Shown in pieces: positions 25,761 through 38,700 of a DNA stretch of 58,438 bases. The DNA comes from Vicugna vicugna. Lineage: Eukaryota. Location of the stretch: NCBI GenBank assembly GCA_013265495.1, contig MU057951.1:223008-281445 (forward strand), given 5' to 3'. The notes beneath the pieces were generated by a model, which did no database searches, was not told the DNA's origin, and saw only the letters and a list, made by a program, of their open reading frames with translations. The position numbers were made by a program, and so were the translations under genes. Position 1 is the stretch's first letter. Every line of letters starts with the position of its first letter.

Positions 25761-26205
25761 CCGACAAACCCCTTTTTTTAAAATTTTTTTCAATTTCTTT
25801 TATTTTTTTAAATCTGTTTTTTTAAATCTGTTTTTACCTGTTCTATTTTCTATTACTCTCTTAATTTTTATTTCTTAATTCATTTCTATTTTTCTTGGGT
25901 TTTGATGTCCTGTTATTGATTAGACACAGGCTTCAAATACATCTATTCATCTCCCCACCACTTTATTTTCTTTTAAAGGTTTTAAAAGGACGTCTCAACC
26001 CGATTAAAACTCTGCTTCAACTCGCTCTTCTATTATTCATTATACACTGTTTCCAAACTCACTTTCTCCCTTCTTTTAAAAATCTTTCTCTCTCTCTTTT
26101 TTCTTTTTCTTCTAAGTTCTGTTCCTAAATAGGCATTAGATATATAAAATCCTTAAGATCCAAAATAGACAACTGATACTCCATAAACCATAGTGCCAGA
26201 GAGGT

Positions 26206-27109
26206 ATGAGCAAGATGAAGAAGCAGAGAAACATTTCCCAATTAAAAGAACAAGAGGAATCCCCTGAAAGATCAAAGAAACACACATCGATAGCCTACTA
26301 GATCAAGATTTCAAAAAAGGAGTGATGAAATTGCTGAAGGAATTAAAAGTGATAGTGCTTAGAGAGATAAAATATGTCAAAAATGAAATTGAAGCTATAA
26401 AGAAGAGCCAAGTAGAATGGGTAAACTCATTGAAAGAAATGAGGAATGATCTAATAGCTGTGCAAAGCCGACTAGATAATGCAGAGGAATGAATTAGTGA
26501 TCTAGAAGACAGGGCAATAGAAAGCACCCATTCAGGAGAACTACAAGATAAGCAAATAAAAAATAATGAAAATAGCATAAGGGACCTAAGGGATAATATA
26601 AAGTGTCCCAATCTTCACATAATAGGGGACCCAGAAGGGGAAGAAGGATCAAAGGGGATTGAAAAGGTTTTTGAAGAAATCATGACTGAAAACTTCCCAA
26701 ACTTAAAGAAGGAATCAGATATCCAAGTACAGGAAGCTCAGAGGGTCCCAAACAGGAAGAATCCAAATAGACCCACACCAAGACATATCATAATCAAGAT
26801 GGCCAGAGGCAAGGATAAAGAAATGATTCTAAAGGCAGCAAGAGAAAAGCAAAGAGTGAATTACAAGGGAACCCCCATAAGGCTCTCAGCTGATTTCTCT
26901 ACACAAACACTACAGGCCAGAATGTAGTGGCACGGTATATACAAAGCCATGAATGAGAAAAAGATGCAGCCTAGGATACTTTATCCAGCAAGGCTATCCT
27001 TTAGGACAGAAGGAGAACTAAAGAGTGTCACAAACAAAAAAATGCTGCAGGAGTTTAGCAACACTTAACCCACGCAAAAAGAAATATTGAAAAGGCTATT
27101 CAAAATAGT
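26206..27109 (+). pseudogene. L1 ORF1 (disrupted)
   Basis: Collinear with 44849-45751 but with a frameshift and stops; ORF 26682-26927 (MTENFPNLKKE...GTPIRLSADFS). Confidence 0.9.
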
Positions 27110-27450
27110 AAAGCAGCAGGATGCTACAGAAATGAGAAACGTACAACTGGAAAGGTGATAACCCATGAATTACAAATAAAGAAAACACACAAATCGCTGA
27201 GAGTGGGAGAGGGAGGCAGGGAAATACAGAATATTTTTTTCATTATATTTTAAATTATTTTTAAGAGGAGGATGAGTTTGAGATCATATTATTATCAGTT
27301 TAATAAAAACAGTTATAGTAATGGGTTAATAGATTTACATAAAATGGTAACCACAAGTCAAAAATTTACAAGGGAGTCACAAAAATTAAATAAATTCCAT
27401 GATAATACAAAGGAAAATTACCAAACCACAAAAGGAAGAAGAAAGGAACA

Positions 27451-27872
27451 NNNNNNNNNNNNNNNNNNNNNNNNNNNNNNNNNNNNNNNNNNNNNNNNNN
27501 NNNNNNNNNNNNNNNNNNNNNNNNNNNNNNNNNNNNNNNNNNNNNNNNNNNNNNNNNNNNNNNNNNNNNNNNNNNNNNNNNNNNNNNNNNNNNNNNNNNN
27601 NNNNNNNNNNNNNNNNNNNNNNNNNNNNNNNNNNNNNNNNNNNNNNNNNNNNNNNNNNNNNNNNNNNNNNNNNNNNNNNNNNNNNNNNNNNNNNNNNNNN
27701 NNNNNNNNNNNNNNNNNNNNNNNNNNNNNNNNNNNNNNNNNNNNNNNNNNNNNNNNNNNNNNNNNNNNNNNNNNNNNNNNNNNNNNNNNNNNNNNNNNNN
27801 NNNNNNNNNNNNNNNNNNNNNNNNNNNNNNNNNNNNNNNNNNNNNNNNNNNNNNNNNNNNNNNNNNNNNNNN
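27451..27872. other. Assembly gap (N run)
   Basis: 422 N inside the L1. Confidence 1.
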
Positions 27873-28094
27873 CAGAGATAAAATATTGATGGGAATACAA
27901 TCATATTTGAAGATTTTAACACTGCATTAACATCACTAGACAGAACTTCCAGACAGAAAATAAACAACGCAACAGAGAAATTAAATACTACACTACAATA
28001 ACTAGATTTGGTGTATATTCTCATAGCATTACACCCCCAAACAAATAGGATATACATTCTTTTGAAGTGCACATGGAACATTTTCCAGGATCGA

Positions 28095-28961
28095 NNNNNN
28101 NNNNNNNNNNNNNNNNNNNNNNNNNNNNNNNNNNNNNNNNNNNNNNNNNNNNNNNNNNNNNNNNNNNNNNNNNNNNNNNNNNNNNNNNNNNNNNNNNNNN
28201 NNNNNNNNNNNNNNNNNNNNNNNNNNNNNNNNNNNNNNNNNNNNNNNNNNNNNNNNNNNNNNNNNNNNNNNNNNNNNNNNNNNNNNNNNNNNNNNNNNNN
28301 NNNNNNNNNNNNNNNNNNNNNNNNNNNNNNNNNNNNNNNNNNNNNNNNNNNNNNNNNNNNNNNNNNNNNNNNNNNNNNNNNNNNNNNNNNNNNNNNNNNN
28401 NNNNNNNNNNNNNNNNNNNNNNNNNNNNNNNNNNNNNNNNNNNNNNNNNNNNNNNNNNNNNNNNNNNNNNNNNNNNNNNNNNNNNNNNNNNNNNNNNNNN
28501 NNNNNNNNNNNNNNNNNNNNNNNNNNNNNNNNNNNNNNNNNNNNNNNNNNNNNNNNNNNNNNNNNNNNNNNNNNNNNNNNNNNNNNNNNNNNNNNNNNNN
28601 NNNNNNNNNNNNNNNNNNNNNNNNNNNNNNNNNNNNNNNNNNNNNNNNNNNNNNNNNNNNNNNNNNNNNNNNNNNNNNNNNNNNNNNNNNNNNNNNNNNN
28701 NNNNNNNNNNNNNNNNNNNNNNNNNNNNNNNNNNNNNNNNNNNNNNNNNNNNNNNNNNNNNNNNNNNNNNNNNNNNNNNNNNNNNNNNNNNNNNNNNNNN
28801 NNNNNNNNNNNNNNNNNNNNNNNNNNNNNNNNNNNNNNNNNNNNNNNNNNNNNNNNNNNNNNNNNNNNNNNNNNNNNNNNNNNNNNNNNNNNNNNNNNNN
28901 NNNNNNNNNNNNNNNNNNNNNNNNNNNNNNNNNNNNNNNNNNNNNNNNNNNNNNNNNNNNN
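28095..28961. other. Assembly gap (N run)
   Basis: 867 N inside L1 ORF2. Confidence 1.
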
Positions 28962-29356
28962 CAAGGAGGTGAAAGAATTATACACAGAAAAGTATAAACC
29001 ATTGATGAAGGAAATTAAAGAAGACTTTAAAAAAATGGAAAAATATTCCATGTTCCTGGATTGGAAGAATCAATATTGTTAAAATTGTCACACTGCGCAT
29101 GGCTATCTGCATATTTAATGCAATCCCAATCCAATTACCCAGGACATATTACACAGAACTAGAACAAATCATAATAAAATTTATATGGAACCATCAAAGA
29201 CCTAGAAATGCCAAAGCATTACTGAAGAGAAAGAAAGAGGCTGGAGGAATAACTCTCCCAGACTTCAGACAATACTATAGAGCTACAGTCATCAAGACAG
29301 CATGGTATTGGTAAAACAGACATATAGACAAAAGGAACAGAAGATAGAGCCCAGAA

Positions 29357-30439
29357 ATGAACCCTCAAACATTTGGTCAACTAATCTTCGACAAAGGAGG
29401 CAAGAATATACAATGTAATATAGACAGTTTCTTCAGCAAATGGTGTTGGGAAAACTGGACAGCAGCATGTAAAAAAATGAAGCTAGAACACTCCCTTACA
29501 CCATATACAAAAATCAACTCAAAATGGATTAAAGACTTAAACATAAGACAAGATACAATAAACCTCCTAGAGGAAAACATAGGCAAAACATTATCTGACA
29601 TACATTTCAAAAATTTTCTCCTAGAAGAAATAAAAGCAAGAATAAACAAATGGGACCTAATGAAACTTACAAGCTTCTGCAGAGCAAAGGAAACCAGAAA
29701 TAAAACAAGAAGAAAACCTACGGAATGGGAGAAAATTTTTGCAAGTGAAACCGACAAAGGCTTGATCTCCAAAATATATAAGCAGCTCATACGACTCAAT
29801 AAGAAAAAAATAAACAACCCAATCCAAAAATGGGCAGAAGACCTAAACAAGCAATTCTCCAAGGAAGACATACAAATGATCCAAAAGCACATGAAAAAAT
29901 GCTCAATATCACTAATTATCAGAGAAGTGCAAATCAAAACTACAATGAGGTATCACCTCACACCAGTCAGAATGGCCGTCATTCAAAACTCCAAAAATGA
30001 CAAATGCTGGAGAGGCTGTGGAGAAAGGGGAACCCTCCTACACTGCTGGTGGGAATGCAGTTTGGTGCAGCCACTATGGAAAACAGTGTGGAGATTCCTC
30101 AAAAGACTAGGAATCGACTTACCGTATGACCCAGGAATCCCACTCCTGGGCTTGTATCCAGAAGGAAATCTACTTCAGAATGACACCTGCACTCCAATGT
30201 TCATAGCAGCACTATTTACAATAGCCAAAACATGGGAACAGCCTAAATGTCCATCAACAGGTGACTGGATAAAGAAGAAGTGGTATATTTTTACAATGGA
30301 ATACTACTCAGCCATAAAAACCAACAACATAATGCCATTTGCAGCAACATGGATGCTCCTAGAGAATGTCATTCTAAGGGAAGTAATCCAGAAAGAGAAA
30401 GAAATATTCCATATGAGATCGCTCATATGTGGAATCTAA
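29357..30439 (+). pseudogene. L1 ORF2 C-terminal open fragment (360 aa)
   Basis: Contains [18 protein letters not shown] (cysteine-rich motif); upstream part broken by a stop and frameshift near 29312. Confidence 0.93.
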
Positions 30440-31865
30440 AAAACAAAAACTTAAGCAAACAATCAAACAAAAACAAAGCATAAATTCAGGACAGAAATAT
30501 AGACAGAGAACACAGACTTGTGGTTACCAGGGGGGTAGAGGGTTGGAAGGGATAGACAGGGATTTCAAAATTGTAGAATAGATAAACAAGATTATACTGT
30601 ATAGCACAGGGAAATATACACAAAATTTTATGATAAATCATAGTGCAAAAAATGTGACAATGAGTGTGTATATGTCCATGAATGACTGAAAAATTGTGGT
30701 GGACACTGGAATTTGACACAACATTGTAAAATAATTATAGATCAATAAAAAATTTAAAAAAAAAATAACAAGAATGAGCTTGTGAGGAGCACACCTTTAA
30801 GGAAATGACACAAGATGATAATGCAAATCCATAGGAATAAATAAGAGAGCAAGAAATGGTAAGTTATAATTTTTGTATAATAAATACTTTAAAATATGTT
30901 TGATTTATATTCTGTTAGCTTCTTTAAGACATGAAAGTTTCTAAAGGATTGTTACATTGTCTTGTTGTGTTTGTAAATATATAAATTAATATGCATCACA
31001 ATACCAGTGTACAAGATGGTAAGAGAGACTAGAAGTGTATAAGACCAGCATTTCTATATTTTACTTGATTAAAGTTAGCAGAAATCTGAAGTAGATTAGT
31101 TAAGTTGTACAGGTTAACTCACAGAGTAACCACTATGAAAATAACTCCAAACAATATAGTGGAAAATAATTAAAATAATTAAAATTTCTCTAGAAAATTG
31201 TCAATTAATGCAAAAAGAATGAAGAAAAAGATGAGTAAAGGTGGAATAAGACATGTCATTTAGGAAAGGAAACATGAACTAGCAGTCATAGATACAAATC
31301 AATAATATACATTCAATGTAATAGGAGTAACCAATTCAATCAAAGGTCAGAGATTATTAGAGTGGATAAAATAATCCAACTTTACCCTGTATACAGAATG
31401 CACCCTTTGTATTAGAAATACAAATATTTTAAAACTCAAAGTATAGAAAAAGTTATTTAATGCAAACAGCAAAATAAGGAAGGTGGAGCAACTATACATA
31501 TACCAGAAAATAGATTTTAAGAATAAAATATGTTAATAGAGATAAATATGTACATGTTATAAAACTGTCAATTCAAATGGAAAATATAACAATTATAAAC
31601 ATATATGCACCTAAAAACAAATCCTTAAAATATATGAAACAAAAACTGTTAGAAGGGACAAATAGACAATTCGCCAATAAGAGCTGGAAATTTCAGTATC
31701 ACATTTTAAAGAATGAAAAGAACAAGGAAGAAGATCAAAAAGCTAATAAAATTTTGGAATAACACAAGAAGCCAACTAGATCTAGCACATAGAACACTGT
31801 AGCTAACAGTAGTATAGTACACATAATGCTCTGCACATGGAACATCCTCCATGATAGATCACATG

Positions 31866-32251
31866 AATAATAGTTTGCTTAAGCTGCCATAACAAAATGC
31901 CACAAACTGGGTGGCTTAAACAGGACAGATTCATTTTTACTGTTTTGGAGGCTTGAAGTCCCAGATCAAGGTCTTAGCAGATTTATTATCTTTCTAGGAC
32001 TCTTTCCTTGGCTTACAGATGACTATCTTCACACTGTGCCTTTGTGTTGCCTTTCCTCTATGTATTGCATACTTGATGTCTCTTCTTCTTCTTATTATGA
32101 CACCAGACATGTTGGATAAGGACCCACTCATACAATCTCATTCAATTACTTAATCTTTAATGCCCAACTCCAAACATAGTCACATTCTAAGGTAATGGGT
32201 GTTAGGAATTCAATGTGTAAATTTTAGGGGAACACAATTCAAATCATAATA
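31866..32251 (-). mobile_element. MLT1B-like MaLR solo LTR
   Basis: 'tagtttgcttaagctgccataacaaaatgccacaaactgggtggcttaaaca ... ggggaacacaattcaaatcataata'; possible TSD ACATG/ACATT. Confidence 0.85.
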
Positions 32252-33067
32252 ACATTTTTGATCATTAAAATAACCAAAATAAACTTTAAAGAAATTAAAC
32301 CACAAGTAAGTTCTAAAAACAGTGTAATGAAATTAGAAATCAATAGCAAAGGAAAATTTAGATAAATCACAAATATGTATATATTGAATGATGTACTCCT
32401 CAGCAAAACATTGGTCAAGAAAGGAAGTACATTAGAAACTAGAAAAATACTTTGATATAAATGACAATAATGGCACAAGAATCACAAATTCAAGAGATGT
32501 AGCTAAATCAACATTCAGATGGTTATTTATAGCTGTTAATGTCTATATTGAAATAGAAGCATGATTTCAAATTACAATCAACCTCTCTACCATAAGAAAA
32601 CAGAAAAGACACAATACAAACCAAAGAGAAGAAAATAGATTCTTTAAAAAATCAACCAAATTGATGACACTCAAGTTAGACTAACCAAGAACAAAACCAG
32701 AAAATGCTCAAATTACTAAAATAAATAATTAAACAGGGATCATTATTACAGACATTATGGAAATGGATATTTCATTAATAACTTAACATCAACAAATTAA
32801 ATATTATAGAAGAAATGGACAAATACCTGGAAAAAGAAACTACTGAAACACCCCAAGAAGGGATATAAAATCTTAACATACTTATAACAAGTGAACATAT
32901 TGAATTAATCATCAAAAATTCCCACAAATGAAGCACACGGTAGCATATCTTCACTTTTGAATTTTACCAAATGTTTAAAGAATTAATACCTATTCATCAC
33001 AAGCTCTTCCAAAAATTAGAAAAGGAGGAACAATCCCTAATTATCCTATAAATCCAATATTACCATG

Positions 33068-33502
33068 TATTACAGGTTGAATTGTATCCCCCCAAATTCA
33101 TATGTTGAAGTTCTAATTCCCAGAAACTCATGATGTAACTATATCCATATTTAAGTGGTGGTTAAATAGATAGTTATGTTAAAATGAGATCATTAAGGTG
33201 GGTCCTCAGGCAATCTGACTTATGTCATAATGATAAGAGAAAATTTGAACTCAGGGAGACATTAGGGATGTGCACACACACACAAAAGTGACCATGTGAG
33301 GATGAAATAAGGAGGTAGCCATGTATTTGAAAAGTAGATACACCTAACGTGCCAACATCTTGACCTCGAACTTCTAATTACCAAAGTTTTGATAAAATAT
33401 ATTTCTGATGTGTACTTTATCCAAATTTTTGTGACAAATAGTCCAAGATAAACCCATTAAGTATGTAATATTTTGCTATGGCAGTCTTAGCAAACTAATG
33501 CA
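33068..33502 (+). mobile_element. MLT1B-like MaLR solo LTR with 5-bp TSD
   Basis: 'ggttgaattgtatcccc...aaattcatatgttgaag ... gcagtcttagcaaactaatgca'; CCATG at 33063-33067 and 33503-33507. Confidence 0.9.
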
Positions 33503-34654
33503 CCATGATATAAATTTAGTCATAGACATCACAAGAAAATTACAGATAAATGTTTCTTATAAATGTAGATGCACAGATTCTTAACAAAATCTATCAAACT
33601 GAATCCAGCAACATTTAAATACTTATTGGAATTCATCCCAAGAATGCAACATTTGTTTAATATCTGAAAATAATTTAATATAATGCATCATATCAATAAG
33701 ATAAATTATAAAAAACACATATTCTCAATGGAGGTATAGAAAGATTCTGATAAAATCCATCAACCTTTTATAATGAAAAAACCCCTAATAATAGAATTAA
33801 AATGCAATTCCCCAAATCTGATAAATGGAATATATGACAAACCCACAGCTAACATCATAGTTTCCCTATTGAGAAAGAGTGAATGTTTTCCCACTAAGAC
33901 CAGAAACAAGACACATATGTTTGCTTTGACTATTTCTACTATACACTAGACTAGATGTTCTAAAAACAGCTATTAATGAGGGATAGGAAATAAAATGCAT
34001 TCAAATTGAAAGGAAGTAAAACTATCCCTATTTGAAGAAACTATAAACTTGTATATAGACAATTGTAAAATATTTTTGAAAAGATATTACATTTAATGTC
34101 TACATACTTGCAAATAACTATAGAAAATGAAATCCAGAAGAACAATTCCATTTAAAATGAATAAAACACTTAGAAATAAATTTATCAAAAACTGCAAAAC
34201 ATAAATTTAAAACTACAAAATAGTGCTAAAATAAATTAAAGACATAAATTAATATAAAGAAATTTCATGTTCACTAATTGGAAAATTCAATATTAAGACT
34301 GGTTTTCCCACCATGAGTCTACAAATTTATTTCAGTTCTTAAAGAAACCATGATGATTTCTTCAAAGAAATTTAGAAGCTGATGATGAAATTCATAATTC
34401 AAAGTATACAGAACAGGATAAAAATTTGAAAATGAAGTATAAAATTTGTGCATTCAATATCTCCATTTCATAAAATATTTCAAAACTATGGTCAACAAGA
34501 TATGGTGGTACTGACAAGGAAATACATATAGATAAATAGAACAAAATTGAGAGTCCATAAAAAAATCCTTCATATCTAAGTCAATTAATTTTAAACAATG
34601 CTGTGAAGAAATTTCAGCGGGGAAAAAGGATGATTTTTAAAACAAAACAAGTAT

Positions 34655-34804
34655 TTAATTTTTTAAATTATTTTTGTTTCATTTTGGGGGGAGGTAATTA
34701 AGTTTATTTATTTATTCATTTTTAGAGGAGGTACTGGGGGTTGAACCCAGGACCTCATGCATGCTAAACATGTCCTATAACACTTAAGCTATATACTTCT
34801 TCCC
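34655..34804 (-). mobile_element. tRNA-derived SINE, camelid Vic-1 type
   Basis: Minus strand reads TATAGCTTAAGTGTTATAG (A-box-like) ... GTCCTGGGTTCAACCCCCAGTACCTCC (B box), then (AAAT)n and 'ctTAATTACCTCCCCCC', the Vic-1 layout as I recall it. Confidence 0.85.
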
Positions 34805-35778
34805 AAACAAATAAATAGTTTTAAACAAACAAACCCTGAGAAACTGGAAAGCCATATGCAAAACAATACATTACATTGGCACCCTTACCTCACATCACAT
34901 ACAAGCATTAGATAAAAATTCATCACAGACTAAATTTAATGGTTAAATTATGAAACCTTTAGAAAACATAGTTGTAAATCTCTGTGACCTTGAATTAAGC
35001 AATAATGCATTAGGTTATGAACAAATATAATAAAAGAAAGCAATAAAACTAAGCAAAAGAAGAAAATATAGATATATTTCACTGTATCAAAGTTAAAATG
35101 TGTATCCTTGAAAAGGCACAATCATGCAAGCAAAAGGACAATGGAATGGATTAAAAGAATTTAAATTATATATATGACAATGGGTTTGTTGTTAGATTAT
35201 ATAAACATTTAAATCTCAAAAACAAGAACATATAAAACCAAATTTGAAAATGCACAGAGGATCTGAATAGATATATCTTATAAGAAGATATAAAATTGTA
35301 CAAAAAATGTGAAATGAGTCTCAATTACAATTACCTATCAGTGAAATGAAATTTAAAACCACAATGTGATGAGTTCTCACCTATTAGGATGGTAAAAATA
35401 AAAAAGAATTATAGTATAGGGTGGTGACAAGAATGTGGCAAAAGTGAAATCTTTATAATTGCTTGTAGTAATGTAAAGTGCTGCAGTCAGTTTGAATAAG
35501 AATTTTTTAAAAAATCCTCAAAAAGTTCTTCATAGATTTACAATATCACAAAACAATTTCACATCTATGTATATACCCAAGATAAATTAAATCTTATTTC
35601 TACACAAAATTTGTACATAAATGTTCACACTATTATTCATAATTTTTAGCAATTGATGAATGGATAAATAAAATGTGATATATCAATATGATGGGATAAA
35701 ATTCAGCAATAAAGAATTGTACATTGATACATGCTGCAACATAAATAAACCTTAAAAATATTATTCTATATCTATTGC

Positions 35779-38700
35779 AAGATGGTGACTTAAAGAAGTT
35801 CCTGAACTCACTGCATTCCATGGATACACTGAATCTATATCTACATACAGAAAAATCCCTTTTGAAAGAAATCTAGAAACTAGCTGAGTGACTCTTACAA
35901 ATCAGACAAACAAGAAGAAAAAACATTAAAGGGTCCAAGCATATCCTCAAATACTTGGAGTCACTAAAACCATAAGGCTACTTGGACAATCACAAAGATT
36001 TGAGAGACAAATATGAAATAGGTCAAAGTTGAAAAATAAGGCTTATCCACTCAGATAAAACCACTCCAAGACTGGATGGGCTGGGTGTTATATGTAATGC
36101 ATAGAAACCAGCACAGAGGGTTAAGAAAGATAAGGAATGAAGAAATATATTTTAAACATAAATAACAATATGAAGCATCAGAAAAGAACTTAAGGAAATG
36201 GAGATAAATGATTTACCTGATAAAGAGTTCAAAATGGTCATAAAGATGCTCATCAAGTTCAGGAGAACGATGTGTGAGCAAGTTGAGAATTTCAATAAAC
36301 AGATAGAAAATATAAGAAAGTACAAAACAAAAATGACACAGCTGAAAAATACAATAACTGAACTGCAAAAAAATCAATAGATGGATTCAACTGCCAATTA
36401 AATGAAGTAGAAGAAAGGATCAGCAAACTTGACGACAGGGCAGTAGAATCATCCAAAGAAACTAAAAGAAACAACATCAAAATAAGAAGATAAAAGAGAA
36501 TAGATAGCTTAAGGGACTTATGGAGCAGCATCATGCTGAGAAATATTTACATATAGGGATATCAGAAGGACAGCAGGGAGAAAGAAAGAGGTAGAAAAAA
36601 ATTACTTGAAGAACCAATGGCCTAGAATTTCCCTAACCTGGAAAGGAAGCAATCATCCAGGTCCAGGAAGCCCACAAATTTCCAAATAAAATGAATTCTA
36701 AGAGATCTACACCAAGATACATCATAATTAAATTGTCAAAAATTAGATACAAAAAGAATCTTAAAAGCAGTAAGAGAAAAACAACTTGCTGTGTACAAGG
36801 GAACACCTATAAAATTAGTAGTAGATATTTTAGTGGAAACATTGCAAGCTGGAACGGATTGGCACAATATATTCAAAGTGCTGAAAGAAAAAAAAATCCT
36901 ACCTACAAAAATACTCTAACCAGCAAATTTTCATTCAGAACTGAAGACTAGATAAAGAATTTTTCTGACAAACAAAGGTATAAAAATTTCAGCATCACTA
37001 AAATGGCCTTAAAAATATTAAAGGAAATTCTTAAGCTGAAATTAAAGGACACTGATAAATAACAGGAAAACATATGAAAGTATAAATCTCGAGTAAAGGT
37101 TAATATATAGTTAAATTCAGAATAATCTAGTTTTATAACAGTGACAGGTTAATCACTTATAAATTTAGTATAAATGTTAAATGACAAAAGTAGTAAAAGT
37201 GACTAACTACCATAATTTGTTAATTGATACACAAGAAAAAACATGTAAATTGTCACATCAAAAACATAAAATGTGCATGAGAGAGTAAAATTAGTACTTA
37301 AGAATATCTTCCAACTTAAGTTTTTATCAACTTAAAATAGATTTAAAATGTAAAATGTTTTATGGAAGCTGCAAGATAACAACAAAGCAAAAGACTACAG
37401 TAGATACTCAAAATATAAAGAGAAAGGAATCTAAACATGCCATTAAAGAAAATGATAATGTCACAAAGGAAGAGAGCAAGAGAAGAAGAAAAGACAAAGG
37501 AAATTACAAAACAGTTGGAAGCATTGAACAAAATTCCAATAATTCCATACCTATTGAAAATTATTTAAAATGTAAATGGATTAAATCATCCAATTAAAAG
37601 CCATAGTGTCACTGGATTGATTAAAATAAAAAAAGACCCAATAATATACTGCATGTAAGAGACTCACTTCAGTTGGAAGGAAACACATAGAAGAAAGTAA
37701 AAGGATGGAAAAAGATATTTCATGCAAATCAAAAACAAAAGAAAGCTGGGTTTTCTATATCTTACATCAGACAAAACAGAATTTATGACAAAGATTTTAA
37801 TAAAATACAAAGAAGGTGATATATAATGAAAAATTGATCAATTAAAAAGATATTAATACTTGTAAATATGCACTTAACATAGGAGCATCTAAATATATAA
37901 AACACATATTGACATTCTTAAGGGAGAAATAGACAGCAATACAATAGTAGTAGCAAATTCAATATCTCACTATCCTCGATGGATAAAGCACCTACAAAAA
38001 TCAATAAAGAAACAGGACTTAAATGGTATCTTAGATGAGATGGACTTAAAATATATTTAGAGAAGTTTCCACTCCAAGGAAAGAGAACAATATTTCTTCT
38101 TAAGTACATATGAAACATTCTATGTGATATTAGGCAAAGAAATTTAAGAAGATTGAAATCATATCAAGCATCTTTTCAGACTACAGTGGTATAGAACTAG
38201 AAATTACTTACAAGAAGAAAACTGTAAAATTCACAAATGTACAGAGTTTAAACAACATTCTCCTGAACAAGTAAAGGATAAAAGAATAAATTAAAAGAGA
38301 ATTCAAAATATATTGAGAAAAATAAAAATGGAAGTATCACATACCAAAATTAATGAGATGCAGCAAAAGAAGTTCTAAAAGGGAAATTTAAAGTGATAAA
38401 TATGTAAATTAACAAATAGGATAGATCACATATAAACAGCCTAACTTTATAACTGAAGAAAATAGAAAAAGAAAAATGAAGCCTAATTTTAAAGGGAAAG
38501 GATTAACAAAGATCAGAGTGTAAATAAATAAAATAGAGACTAAAATTATAATAGAAAAGTTCAATATAAAAAAAAGCTTGTTGACAAACCTTTAGCTAGA
38601 CTCACTAAGGAAAAAGAATTAGAAAACAAGAACTCAGATAAGTGAAATCAGCTATAAAAAGAGAGATGTTGTAACTGATACAACAGATATACAAAAGATC

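Larger units (their letters stand above)
24489..30764 (+). mobile_element. Young full-length camelid-type L1 with 16-bp TSD, spanning two N gaps
   Basis: TSD ATGACAAGAATAAGCT (24473-24488) / ATAACAAGAATGAGCT (30765-30780); CpG-rich 5'UTR; disrupted ORF1 from ATG 26206; ORF2 C-terminus 29357-30439; polyA. Confidence 0.97.
30798..35772 (+). mobile_element. Ancient L1 (L1MC-like) spacer, ORF2 and start of 3'UTR, heavily degraded, with nested MLT and SINE insertions
   Basis: ORF 31577-31762 begins ENITIINIYAPKN (endonuclease domain); collinear decayed ORF2 motifs up to 'gatgaatggataaataaaatgtg'. Confidence 0.8.

Noticed and set aside
27272..29051. Long ORFs of 160-538 aa in the ORF track
   Set aside because: They are poly-X translations through N gaps.
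34725..34800. tRNA gene
   Set aside because: Degenerate cloverleaf with a SINE-type tail; it is a SINE head.
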